DNA from: Balanoglossus misakiensis
Taxonomy: Eukaryota; Animalia; Hemichordata
Length of the DNA stretch: 64,000 bases
Direction of reading: 5' to 3'
Assembly: GCA_040954595.2 (NCBI GenBank)
Contig: CM082594.2
Coordinates: forward strand, 3,891,319 to 3,955,318
The notes beneath the pieces were generated by a model. The model searched no databases, was not told the origin of the DNA, and saw only the letters and a list, made by a program, of their open reading frames with translations. Both the position numbers and the translations under genes were made by a program. Shown here in pieces: positions 12,533-23,439 of this stretch (the first letter of the stretch is position 1; every line of letters starts with the position of its first letter).

Positions 12533-14527
12533 ATGCCACGCTCTAGGAACTGGAGGAAGAAGAGGAGTCAGATGAAAGAGGATGCTGCCCTCTCAAAAAA
12601 CAGCTTCGATATGACAGAGGATGCTGCCCTCTCAAAAAACAGCTTCGATATGACAGAGGATGCTGCCCTCTCAAAAAACAGCTTCGATATGACAGAGGAT
12701 GCTGCCCTCTCAAAAAACAGCGACGTAATCAAAGAGGATGCTGCCCTCTATAATCTCAGCGACAATACCCTTCGGGGTGCCAGCCTTCGGTGTTCGAAGG
12801 ATCAAAACTGTGAAACTTCCCTTCGGGGTTCAAACCTTCGGTGTTCGAAGGGTGAAAACTTTGAAACTTCCCTTCGGGGAACCAATGATTCTAGGGTACC
12901 TGCAAATGGTGACATTGTCACTTGTGTTAATGGAAATTTACAGATTGAGAAAGCAGTTGATATTGCACACAAGAGAAATGACAATGAATGTATTATTCAG
13001 AATGTTACCCCGAATGAATTTGTTTTCTCTCCTGTAACCACCACCATATGCCAAGAGTTATGCTGTAAGCTTCACATAAAATATGGAAATAAAGTTGAAA
13101 TGCTCGATGAAATTCGTAGTGTTGAAATTGGTGAACCATGCAATATGAAGTCTATTATCGGTGATGGTAATTGTTTGTTTAGAGCTTTGTCGTATGCCAT
13201 TAGTGGCAGTGAACGTAACCATGCTGTAATGCGAAAGGCCATTGTAAACCACATGATTGCAAATGACAGTGCATATTTTGGTTGGCTGGACCAAGACCAA
13301 GGATATACATCAGTTGCTGATTATATTGCAAAGTCTAGAATGAATTGCCTAACAATCTGGGGTTCCGAAAATGAGATCTTGGCCGCTGCCGATCTCTTAC
13401 AAACTGACATCTATGTGTATAGTTCTGGAATATGGCTAAGACATTATTGTAATGCAATTAATAAAAGTAATGTTGATAAAGGTGTAGGTATATACCTGAA
13501 CCATCGCAACAGAGATCATTTTGAAATTGTCAAGAGTGTAAAGACACGTGAGATGGTAACATCTGACTCTACACACATTGAATGTGATGAACTTGTCTCA
13601 AGTGAAGGTATGACTAATGAATTCCACAATGAGGCAGATAGTGGCAGTTGTGTTCCACTAAAGAGTCCATTGGACAAGAAAGGAAATTTCCACTTAAGTG
13701 ATGAAACTGAAAGTGTTACAAAAGGAAGAGGTAAGAGACCAGCAATGAGTGAACGATTACGAAAGAAAATCAGAAAACAAAAATATGAATGTAATGAGAC
13801 CACTGCAAAGAGCTGCAGGGCAATATCCAAATATGAATTGTACCACAGTAATTCTCAATATAGAGAGACGAAGAAGTTAAAAAGTAGACAGCATTATCAT
13901 CAGATCCGAGAAAGTAAGAAACAAAAAATGAAAGATTTATATGAACAAAATCCCGATTTTCGGGAGGCAAAGAAAGCCCACGTAAGAGTGAATTACCAAG
14001 AAAATCCCGATTTTCGGGAGGCAAAGAAAGCACACGTAAGAGTGAATTACCAAGAAAATCCCGATTTTCGGGAGGCAAAGAAAGCACGTGTAAGATTGAA
14101 TTACCAAGAAAATCCTGATTTACGGGAGGCAAAGAAGGCACGTGTAAGAGTGAATTACAACCAAAATCCTGATTTTCGGGAGGCACATAAGGCAGAAATG
14201 TCAAAAAAAATATCACAAAAATATCAGAGAGACGTAAACTTTCGTGAGGAAAAGAAGGCAAAATTAATACAGAAATACGAACAGAATGATCTTTACAGAG
14301 AATGCAAAAAGGCACAGAGTATTCAACGATATGAGATTGATCCTCATTACAAAGATAATGCATTGAAGAGAAGCAGGTGTCAGATGATACAGAATGACAT
14401 TGACAAGCATAATGTTCAGCATGTTATTGCTAATTTCAGAAATACTGCCTCAGAAGGTCCAAATTGTGTATGTTCTGTTTGTTATCGTAGACTTCAGGAA
14501 ACAAGTAATTGTTTGCAAGAAGGATAA
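12533..14527 (+). CDS. Helentron transposase N-terminal part: tandem repeats, OTU-like cysteine protease, Lys/Arg-rich repeats, first half of Zn finger (frameshifts into next ORF at ~14492)
   Basis: 664-aa ORF. OTU catalytic motif IIGDGNCLFRALS (Cys ~13172) with WG..NEI.AAA and NRDHF His. ATG directly follows acceptor TTTCAG|. Ends with CVCSVCYRRL. Confidence 0.85.
   Translation: MPRSRNWRKKRSQMKEDAALSKNSFDMTEDAALSKNSFDMTEDAALSKNSFDMTEDAALSKNSDVIKEDAALYNLSDNTLRGASLRCSKDQNCETSLRGSNLRCSKGENFETSLRGTNDSRVPANGDIVTCVNGNLQIEKAVDIAHKRNDNECIIQNVTPNEFVFSPVTTTICQELCCKLHIKYGNKVEMLDEIRSVEIGEPCNMKSIIGDGNCLFRALSYAISGSERNHAVMRKAIVNHMIANDSAYFGWLDQDQGYTSVADYIAKSRMNCLTIWGSENEILAAADLLQTDIYVYSSGIWLRHYCNAINKSNVDKGVGIYLNHRNRDHFEIVKSVKTREMVTSDSTHIECDELVSSEGMTNEFHNEADSGSCVPLKSPLDKKGNFHLSDETESVTKGRGKRPAMSERLRKKIRKQKYECNETTAKSCRAISKYELYHSNSQYRETKKLKSRQHYHQIRESKKQKMKDLYEQNPDFREAKKAHVRVNYQENPDFREAKKAHVRVNYQENPDFREAKKARVRLNYQENPDLREAKKARVRVNYNQNPDFREAHKAEMSKKISQKYQRDVNFREEKKAKLIQKYEQNDLYRECKKAQSIQRYEIDPHYKDNALKRSRCQMIQNDIDKHNVQHVIANFRNTASEGPNCVCSVCYRRLQETSNCLQEG
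12578..12748 (+). repeat. Coding 39-bp tandem repeat (EDAALSKNSFDMT), 4 copies plus a partial fifth
   Basis: Units start at 12578, 12617, 12656, 12695, 12734; in frame. Confidence 0.95.
13947..14190 (+). repeat. Coding 54-bp tandem repeat (18 aa, ENPDFREAKKAHVRVNYQ), ~4.5 copies
   Basis: AAAATCCYGATTT units at 13947, 14001, 14055, 14109, 14163. Confidence 0.95.
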
Positions 14528-17500
14528 ATATTACAGTAACAGAATTACATCTGATATTGCTGTAAAATGTATATCAGAAGAATATGTGCACAAATGTGCC
14601 CCGACATGTATGGCTGACTGCCCTCTCAAGAATAGTGCAGCCAGTACATTATGGATTTGTCACACATGCCACAGAAAGCTTTTACGTGGAGAGATGCCAG
14701 TTCAAGCTGCTGCAAATAACCTTCATGTCACACCAGTCCCTCCTGAATTGAAATGCCTCAACTCACTTGAGCAACATTTAATTGCATTAAATATACCATT
14801 CATGAAAATGTTGGCATTACCTAAGGGTGGTCAGAATGGAGTCCATGGACCTGTAGTGTGTGTCCCTTCTGATATAAAGAAGGCTACAAATATTTTGCCT
14901 CGAAATGAGTTTGATGATCAGATGATAAGGGTCAAATTGAAGCGAAAGCTGAGTTATAAAGGTTACTATGAGTATCAGTTTGTAAACAAACGACACATTC
15001 AGAATGCTTTGGAATACCTCCAGACAAATAATCATTATTACAGTGATATAACTTTCAATATGGATTGGAAAAATACTCTTGAAAAGACTGAAGAAGATCT
15101 TTCAGATGCTAAAATTAATAACAGCGAATCAGAAATGTCTGATGACAAAAACATTGATGAAAGCAATGAAAAGACCAAAGGAAATGTTTCAGATACTGAA
15201 GGTAATGATGTGTCATCAGACACAGAAGATAATAATGTGTCAAATAAAGATACTAATGGAATATTGATGGACACATGCCTCCAACCAATTGACATAGGTC
15301 AGGATATTCTTGATTATCACTTTGAGGATATATCTTGTGTTGCTCCTGCAGAGGGTAATACACCTGTTAGTCTGTTGATGGAAAAGTTGAATGAAGCTAA
15401 GTGCTTTCCTGTGTTATTCCCAACTGGGTCACCCACATTTCATGATGACCGAGAGGTTAAGATAACAATAGGACGATACTTGCAAAGTCGTGTAATGAAT
15501 GCAAGTAACAGATTTTCAAAAAGCACAGACTATATCTTTTATGCGCAATATCTGTCTGAAATTAACCAGGTTGTATCCAATGTGTCAATTGCTTTGAGAA
15601 AAGGAACTGCTAATGCTTGTGGCAAAAAAGTGACATCCGATGTTTTAAGTGACAGTGAATCTTTGAAACAGATTTTGAAGTCTGATGAAGGGTACAAGTT
15701 TTTAAAACCTATAAGAGGAACTCCTCCTTATTGGCAAGCAACACAAAAAGACCTGTTTGCAATGATCAGACAGTTGGGTATACCAACATGGTTTTGCTCA
15801 TTTTCTGCTGCCGACTTACGGTGGAAAGAAGTTATTGAAACTATACTTCGTGGAGAAGGAGACGTACGTAATGCTGAGGATCTTGATTGGTCTGAGAAAT
15901 GTGCTATCTTGAGACGAAATCCTGTAACAGCAGCCAGAATGTTTGATCACAGATTTCATTGTTTTCTGAGTGAAGTCATCATGTCACCAGCCAATCCTAT
16001 TGGAAATATCAAAGATTATTTTTATCGAGTCGAGTTTCAACAACGAGGCTCACCACATACACACTGTTTATTTTGGGTTGAAAATGCACCAAAGGTTGAT
16101 AGAGATACTGATGAAGATGTAGTTGATTTTGTTGACAGATATGTAACATGTCAAATGCCTTCTGTTGAGGAGGATGAGGAATTGCAAGAGATTGTGAATA
16201 AAGTTCAGAAACACAGCTCAAGGCACTCCAAATCTTGCAAGAAAAAGGGCACTAGATGCAGATTCAACTTTCCACGACCACCATCAAAGAAAACGTTCAT
16301 ATGCCGTCCTGATATAGATATAGAAATGACAGGTGAAGGTGAGAAGTCAAACCTTGATGATGATAAAGAAACACTAGAAGAGAAATGTCAAAGAGACACG
16401 ACTCAGTTAATTGATAATGTGATGAGCCAGATGGCTGCTAGGAATATTCTAGAAAAAGTGTGGACATGCCTGCATGACAAAGAGAAACAGATTGATTCGG
16501 TTGATGCACTGTTTAATGAAGTCAGCATTTCTCAGGAGATGTTTGAGAAAGCACATGCAATTTTGGCAAGGAAAACAAGTGTAGTATTAAAGCGTGAGCC
16601 AAATGATGTTTGGGTAAACCAATACAATTCTAACCTGCTTCTTTGCTGGAATGCAAACATGGACATTCAATTTGTTGTGGATGCTTATGCCTGTGTTGTG
16701 TACATTGTGTCATACATCTCTAAGGCAGAGAGAGAAATGGGTTTACTGCTGGAAAATGCACAGAGAGAAGCTAACAAAGAAGGAAATATGGATGCGAAAT
16801 CTGCATTGAAACAGTTGGGCAGTGTTTATCTGCATAACAGAGAAGTGAGTGCCCAAGAGGCTGTATATAGACTGTGTGGATTGAAACTGAAGCAATCATC
16901 TCGAAAAGTCCAGTTCATTCCAACTGGAGAAACCCCTATCAAAATGAGTTTGCCATTGAGTGTAATACGTAGCAAAATGACAGGAGATGATTTGAATGAA
17001 AATGATATCTGGTATAATAGCATTGTAGACAGATACAAGAACCGACCAAATGGAGACGAGTTTGACGACATGTGTCTTGCGACATTTTGTTCAGAATACC
17101 GAATAGTGTCAAAATCAGAAGTGACAAATACCAGCACTGAGAAACGTGCAAATCCAATAGTCAAGTTGAAAAATGGTGCAGGTTACATGCAAAAAAGATC
17201 TCGAACTGATCCAGCTGTCATTAGATATGCAAGATTTTCTGTGACTAAATATCCAGAAAAGTATTACCGCACTATGTTAGAACTCTTCTTGCCACACTGG
17301 GTTGATTCCCAATTGAAACCAAATGGGTTTGAAACATATGAAAATTTCTATTCTGCGGGTGCAGTGAAGTGTGGATCTGCATCGTTACAAACAGTGAAAT
17401 TGATAGTAGATGCCAATAAAGCAATGTTTGAGAAAGAGGCTGATGCCGTTGATTTAGCTGAAGAGCTCCTTGAAGGAAGTGGCCCTCTAGAGGATGCATG

Positions 17501-19772
17501 GGCCCAAATCTGTCCAGAAAATGAAATAGACAGATTAGAATGCATTGATGAACGTCAACAATTGCCTGATGATGATGATGTAAATGAGGAGGATATTCCA
17601 GATTTGGTGCACAAACCAAAAGGTGATTGCCACATAGAAATTTCTACCTCTGAAGTAAGGAGGGCTGATGTTCAAGCAATGTGTAGGTCACTGAACAGGA
17701 AACAGGCAGAAGTCTTTTATAGTGTCAGACAGTGGTGTCTGGATAAAAGCAATGGCAAGAACCCAGAATCTTTGTATTTGTTTGTCAGTGGTGGTGCTGG
17801 CACAGGTAAAAGCCATTTAATTAAAACCATATATCATGAAGCCAAACGAATTCTATCTCGTGTCATGGCTAATCCAGATGAAAAATCAATACAGGTAACA
17901 GCCTCAACTGGAGTTGCAGCATTTAATGTAGGAGGTGAAACTCTCCATCATGCATTTTCAATAGCAGTTGACTCAAAACTACCATATGAGCCACTACGTG
18001 AAGAAAAACTCAACACTCTTCGTTCCAAATTGGGAAATCTTCAGATTTTAATAATAGATGAGATTTCTATGGTAGACAGAAAATTGTTTCACTATGTACA
18101 TGGACGATTACGTCAAATCAAACAAACATCAAGTGATTCACCATTTGGAAATGTGTGTGTTATTGCTGTGGGTGACTTTTATCAGCTGCCACCTGTGAAA
18201 GCAAGTCCACTGTGTGTGGAAAATGATGCCATCAATATGTGGAATAATTTCAAAATTGTGGAACTCACTGAAATTATGAGACAAAAGGACTGTGCATTTG
18301 CAGAGGCACTAAATAGAGTAAGAGTTCATAAGAAAGGGCACACGCTGAGTGAAAATGATCTAGAAATGTTCAATAACCGTGTGACTGGTGAAGCATCTGA
18401 GGCAATTCACATCTTTGCTACAAATGCAGAAGTTAACAATTGCAATATCACAATGCTGCATTCATTGTGCTCTGATCCTGTATGTATTGAAGCACAAGAT
18501 TTTAGTAAGAATACTAAAACTGGGAAACTCCAAAGAAAGGAAGGCCATCATGCCAAGGTCTATAGGACCACTTTACCAAAGACTCTCACTCTAGCTAAGG
18601 GTGCACGAGTGCAATTGACACAAAATATTGATGTCTCTGATGGATTGGTGAATGGTGTATTTGGATCAGTATGTCACATTGATATGAAACCAAATGAAAG
18701 CTTTCCAACTGCTGTTTATGTTGTATTTGACAATGTCAAAGTTGGCCGAGGATTGCGAAACAAGAACCGTGTAAATATATCTGACCTTCCTGAAAACACC
18801 ACCCGTATAGAACCTCAGGAAATGTCTGTTGCAAGTAATGGTGGTATTAGAAGACAGTTTCCTCTGAAACTAGCATGGGCATGTACAGTGCATAAGGTAC
18901 AGGGATTAACAGTTGAAAAAGCTGTCGTTAGTTTGAAGAAAATGTTTGCACCAGGACAGGCATATGTTGCACTGAGTCGAGTGACATCATTAGATGGTCT
19001 AATAATTGATGAATTTAAGACATCTTCTATATATTGCAATGAAAAGGTTCAAGCAGCCTTGGAAATGATGCCAAAGTTTGTTGATGGGTGCTTTGAGCAA
19101 TTACAGCTAAACTATAGATGCTCTTTTATACTTCATAATGTTGAAGGTCTTCTGAACCACATGGAAGATATTCGTAGTGGCAAGGAATACTTGGAGTCAG
19201 ACTTTATTTGTTTGACAGAAACATGGCTAACTGAGAACCAAACAAAATGTGATGTAATAGTGAATGGATTTGAATTCAGTCACAAGCCTCGATCAAAATC
19301 GTATAACAACTTTGATATGAATACTTCACAGTTGCAGTTGCAACATCATGGTGGTGTTGGTGTCTACTACAAAGTAGGCCACTCTGTTGAAATTTTGGAT
19401 TTGTCTGTTAGTAACTTGGAATATCTTACATTTTATGTCAAAGATATCAATACAGTGGTGGCAGTAATTTACAGACCATCATCCTACAAAGCAGTCGCAT
19501 TCAGGAAAAACCTACTTCTGTTGGTGAAGGAAATGTCAAAGTATTCAGGTGCTACAGTGATCATGGGTGATTTCAATGACAATATTTTAATCTCTTCATC
19601 TCTTGTGAAAATCATGCAAGACCATGGTTTCAAGCAACACGTGAGCAAACCAACCACAGAAGCTGGTACATTGATTGACCACGTGTATGTGAAAGGAACA
19701 GGAAAGGTGGAAGTTGACATTGTGCCAAAGTACTTCAGTTTTCATGAAGCCATCAGCATTAAAATCTATTGA
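14394..19772 (+). CDS. Helentron RepHel-endonuclease: HUH Rep, Pif1-family SF1B helicase, C-terminal AP/EEP endonuclease (true coding frame from ~14493)
   Basis: 1792-aa ORF. Rep motifs WFCSFSAAD, YFYRVEFQQRGSPHTHCLFW (HUH, ~16020-16077), YIVSYISK. Helicase motifs GGAGTGKS (17790-17813), IIDEISM, GDFYQLPPV, EIMRQ, QFPLKLAWACTVHKVQG, GQAYVALSRV. Endonuclease motifs HNVEGL, CLTETWL, GGVGVY, IYRP, MGDFN, LIDHVY. Confidence 0.95.
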   Translation: MTLTSIMFSMLLLISEILPQKVQIVYVLFVIVDFRKQVIVCKKDKYYSNRITSDIAVKCISEEYVHKCAPTCMADCPLKNSAASTLWICHTCHRKLLRGEMPVQAAANNLHVTPVPPELKCLNSLEQHLIALNIPFMKMLALPKGGQNGVHGPVVCVPSDIKKATNILPRNEFDDQMIRVKLKRKLSYKGYYEYQFVNKRHIQNALEYLQTNNHYYSDITFNMDWKNTLEKTEEDLSDAKINNSESEMSDDKNIDESNEKTKGNVSDTEGNDVSSDTEDNNVSNKDTNGILMDTCLQPIDIGQDILDYHFEDISCVAPAEGNTPVSLLMEKLNEAKCFPVLFPTGSPTFHDDREVKITIGRYLQSRVMNASNRFSKSTDYIFYAQYLSEINQVVSNVSIALRKGTANACGKKVTSDVLSDSESLKQILKSDEGYKFLKPIRGTPPYWQATQKDLFAMIRQLGIPTWFCSFSAADLRWKEVIETILRGEGDVRNAEDLDWSEKCAILRRNPVTAARMFDHRFHCFLSEVIMSPANPIGNIKDYFYRVEFQQRGSPHTHCLFWVENAPKVDRDTDEDVVDFVDRYVTCQMPSVEEDEELQEIVNKVQKHSSRHSKSCKKKGTRCRFNFPRPPSKKTFICRPDIDIEMTGEGEKSNLDDDKETLEEKCQRDTTQLIDNVMSQMAARNILEKVWTCLHDKEKQIDSVDALFNEVSISQEMFEKAHAILARKTSVVLKREPNDVWVNQYNSNLLLCWNANMDIQFVVDAYACVVYIVSYISKAEREMGLLLENAQREANKEGNMDAKSALKQLGSVYLHNREVSAQEAVYRLCGLKLKQSSRKVQFIPTGETPIKMSLPLSVIRSKMTGDDLNENDIWYNSIVDRYKNRPNGDEFDDMCLATFCSEYRIVSKSEVTNTSTEKRANPIVKLKNGAGYMQKRSRTDPAVIRYARFSVTKYPEKYYRTMLELFLPHWVDSQLKPNGFETYENFYSAGAVKCGSASLQTVKLIVDANKAMFEKEADAVDLAEELLEGSGPLEDAWAQICPENEIDRLECIDERQQLPDDDDVNEEDIPDLVHKPKGDCHIEISTSEVRRADVQAMCRSLNRKQAEVFYSVRQWCLDKSNGKNPESLYLFVSGGAGTGKSHLIKTIYHEAKRILSRVMANPDEKSIQVTASTGVAAFNVGGETLHHAFSIAVDSKLPYEPLREEKLNTLRSKLGNLQILIIDEISMVDRKLFHYVHGRLRQIKQTSSDSPFGNVCVIAVGDFYQLPPVKASPLCVENDAINMWNNFKIVELTEIMRQKDCAFAEALNRVRVHKKGHTLSENDLEMFNNRVTGEASEAIHIFATNAEVNNCNITMLHSLCSDPVCIEAQDFSKNTKTGKLQRKEGHHAKVYRTTLPKTLTLAKGARVQLTQNIDVSDGLVNGVFGSVCHIDMKPNESFPTAVYVVFDNVKVGRGLRNKNRVNISDLPENTTRIEPQEMSVASNGGIRRQFPLKLAWACTVHKVQGLTVEKAVVSLKKMFAPGQAYVALSRVTSLDGLIIDEFKTSSIYCNEKVQAALEMMPKFVDGCFEQLQLNYRCSFILHNVEGLLNHMEDIRSGKEYLESDFICLTETWLTENQTKCDVIVNGFEFSHKPRSKSYNNFDMNTSQLQLQHHGGVGVYYKVGHSVEILDLSVSNLEYLTFYVKDINTVVAVIYRPSSYKAVAFRKNLLLLVKEMSKYSGATVIMGDFNDNILISSSLVKIMQDHGFKQHVSKPTTEAGTLIDHVYVKGTGKVEVDIVPKYFSFHEAISIKIY

Positions 19773-19782
19773 AAGACATCAA

Positions 19783-20292
19783 TGTTTGACCACAACATGG
19801 TTATCTGAGAAGCTAGCAAATATAATGTGAGGTACCAGTGAATGGATTTGAACTCAATCACCAGCCGCTGTCAAAATCATACCATTATTTTGAAACTAAT
19901 CTGCAAAAGATATGACTGTGTTGAAATCATGCATTTGCCTGTTTGTAACTTGGAAAATATTACATTTATGTCCAAGATATCAATACGGTGGTAGCAGTAA
20001 TTTAAGACCAGTGCATCATCATACAAAGCAGTGGTGTTCTATAAAACCTTACTTCTGTTGATGAAAGGAAATGTCAATTCATGTATCCAGGTGCTGCAGT
20101 GATCATCAGTGATATGAATGAAAATATTTTCATTATCAAGGTAGTGCAACCCTTTGGTTTCAAGCAACATGTGAGCAATCAAACTTAACAGAAGCTGGTA
20201 CATTGATTGACAATGTGTAATGTGAAAAGAACAGAAAATATTGTTGAAATACTGCCAAAGTACTTCAGTTTTCATGAAGCCATCAGCATTAA
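19783..20292 (+). pseudogene. Decayed tandem duplicate of the endonuclease-coding 3' end (copy of ~19209-19762)
   Basis: Colinear matches, e.g. GTGAATGGATTTGAA, AAGATATCAATAC.GTGGT.GCAGTAATTTA, CAGAAGCTGGTACATTGATTGAC, CCAAAGTACTTCAGTTTTCATGAAGCCATCAGCATTAA. Contains indels and stops. Confidence 0.85.
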
Positions 20293-23200
20293 CAACATTG
20301 AGGCATTATGCATATAGTAATTAAAACCCGTGTTACATACAACTGGTATTGAGGAGGCATAATGGGGTTTGAGACTTACGGGTCCCCATTTCGAGATTGT
20401 TGGGCAGGGGGGGGGGGGGGTTGTAAACATTTATTATTTACTCTTAGGTTACCCTGGTGCTAATTGTCACATTTGATATCAAGCTGTTACTGTTTTATCG
20501 TGATGGGAGACTAATGTATTTGATTGTCTATCATTTCTGAGCCATTTGTTTGACACGGCTGCAGTGATTTCATTGAAATGACATGGTTCACATGCAATTA
20601 GTTACATGGATCATGATATTATCATGTTGTAGGTGATTGTGCACACATACCTGCTTATTGATGTATTTTAAAGCACAACAATTTATAACATGCTACAAAA
20701 GTAGAAGTCAGTGGTGGCCATGCATTTATGATTTCTGATGCATGTGACTTTTACGCAAATATACCAGAAATATTGTGTTCACACTGGATGTGACCTATTG
20801 TTGTGATGTTATCCATTATATGCACCTGACTGTCATTTCTTGATGATTTTATTTATTCCAGAACTGTCATTTGTGATATGTGTTTCAACTGATTCATCAA
20901 AACTCACACAGTGTTAGTCCTACGTGAATGTATGTCATAATTCCAGCCTGGCACTTTGTCACTGTTATTAGCAGACATGCTATCAAAAGTGTGAGTAATA
21001 ACAGTCCCAATAGCCTGCTTACAGTGTTCTCCAGAGGATTTTGGGAAAGCATGGTTGTGAATTTACATAACAATACAATCAATTGTTATGTTAACTAAGT
21101 TATACAATGTATTATTATGTAGCCTTAATCAGTGGTTCACACTATGTTTTATGTAATACCCATCAGTAAGGCTTATTTAAAGAAACCATTGTAAGTGTCA
21201 AGTTCATAATGACAAATATGCCAAAATTGTAAATATTCAAGCTTGTATGAAACATTTCAGTCATTTACCAAGGCATTTTTATTCTGTTGACAATGAAATG
21301 GAAATTGGTAAATGGAAATTCCATAAGAATAAGGTTCATTTAAGAATAATAACACAACTTAACATTAAAAATGGATTTTTAATTACGCTGTATGTAAAGT
21401 ACCATTAGGGGAAATGTGTTAAACACATAGTTTGATTTACAATTGGTAAAACATTAGCACCAGGGTAGCCTAGGTTTATAAATGTTTTAATCCTTGTTGT
21501 AAATTTGTGAAATCTATTTTTATGCATTTTCCTTATGTTATCTACTCAATGACCACATACATTGTATAATACCACTGTCTACCTTTGTGTCTGTCAGGCT
21601 GTCATGAATGGCTTAAGTTAATACACTGAATTAAATTCATTATATAGACATTTGTGAAGCAATTTTAACAACTTGTTTGAAGTATAGTACGGTCTTTCAG
21701 TGCAGGATGGTTGCTTTCAGTTTCACAAAACAATATAAATTGCCCATCAAAGACACAATTTTTGGGGATACATGCACCAAGACAAACATCGTGGAATGGC
21801 AATCCCAAAATTATCCTTATATAACTGGTATTCAGACTTGTATTCTGTGAATCATCATTGCTATTTATGTAGAACAACATGCTGTAACTCCAGTAGCAAT
21901 AACTGAACCACTGCGTATAAAGCAAAGAGTGTACACTGAAATGTCACTATTGCTTTAATCCCAAACATTTAGAATGAGCATGGTTATTTACAGGTCCAAA
22001 GTAACCCACAAACACTGACACTATCAGGTTTGCATCACAGATGTGTCAGTCCCAATAATTTATTAGTTATATAATTTTTATGTCATTTTATTATATTTGT
22101 TAGTATAGAGAATCTGATATACACCACAGTACATGAAGGAATTTTACTTTCCTGATTTTTGTTCCCTATTAGTACTACACTATAAATACGTGAACTATTT
22201 GAAAAATTTCACAGCACTGATTGCAAGAACTTATGTAACTGTATTCATAGTGAAGTTTAATATTTAACTATATTTATTCTTGAATTATTGACATCAGTTT
22301 TGTGTTATTCCATATGCTATTATTGTCAAGAGGTGATTTATATCCTCATGTGACCTGCACTGGCCCATACATATACTCAGAATGCCAAATGTATTGGGTG
22401 TGTTCAACAGTTATGGCCTCAACTTTCATGTCACACTATCCCGTTAGTAACTATTCAGATCTTAGAGGTTCTTTTTGTTAATGAACAGGGAGTGAACAAT
22501 GGGTTATCTTAATGATAACCACACTCATATTTATATCAGATTAAGATTCTTTTTCCAGAATATGTCACCTGTCATCACCAATCCATGAATTACTTTTTAT
22601 AGTGTCCGAAGATGATTTTATAAGTTGAACATTTTCCATAAGGTCCACTATAGTGCACTGACATCAGTGTAATGATTACATAAGATTTAATGTGAGTTTG
22701 AATGACTGGGTTCTTCCCATTTGCATATTTATATGTTCACACCTGGTATTTATTACTTAGGTGAAGTTGATGAGCTAGTACTGTCTGCAAACAATAGAGA
22801 TTTAAATACAGAGGTCAAGCAGGCCAATCAGTTATGGCTACCTTTATTTGGGATTTGTCAGTAGACTTTCACATCTCACTGGGAGTGCCTACAAGACAGA
22901 ACTCTACTTGTTTTCTGTGTCACTCCAATCTATTCACTACTCGACGACCAGTTCAGCAATATGCAGTCCAGAAAAACTACGAACTGTTCACTCTTAAGCA
23001 AGTCCATTATACAGGGGATGCCACTTCTGCAACATTGCAATCTTTTGCAATTAAAGTCTTACACATTCACACATCGAGCTAATCCTATGCACCTCTCAAC
23101 TCGGACTTCGCCTGTGACCAATTCTTTGGCATGCTTTGTGCACGGAATGTTTACAAGACAAGATATATGGGACTGAATTTAGACAATATGTGATTTAGCT

Positions 23201-23439
23201 ATGGTGTAGATTTATTCTGCAATGTTGCTACTTGTATTGGTTGTCAATGAAATTATATTATTTGGTCTTTGACCAAAATCAACGTAATTCAATTCGTGTC
23301 AGTGTGGTCTTTTTTCTACGCCAATATTCTACCCTGGCCACTAATTTTTGGTTAGGAATAAATTACGTCACAATGTGTCATTTGACCCTTTTGTGACACA
23401 TAGCTGTTGCATTTTTTAGGTACACAATGCAATTGATAA

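Noticed and set aside
14489-14500. Programmed +1 ribosomal frameshift at CTTCAGG
   Set aside because: Not the Ty1 CTTAGGC site or another slippery motif I recognise. A 2-bp loss from CTTTTC explains it more simply.
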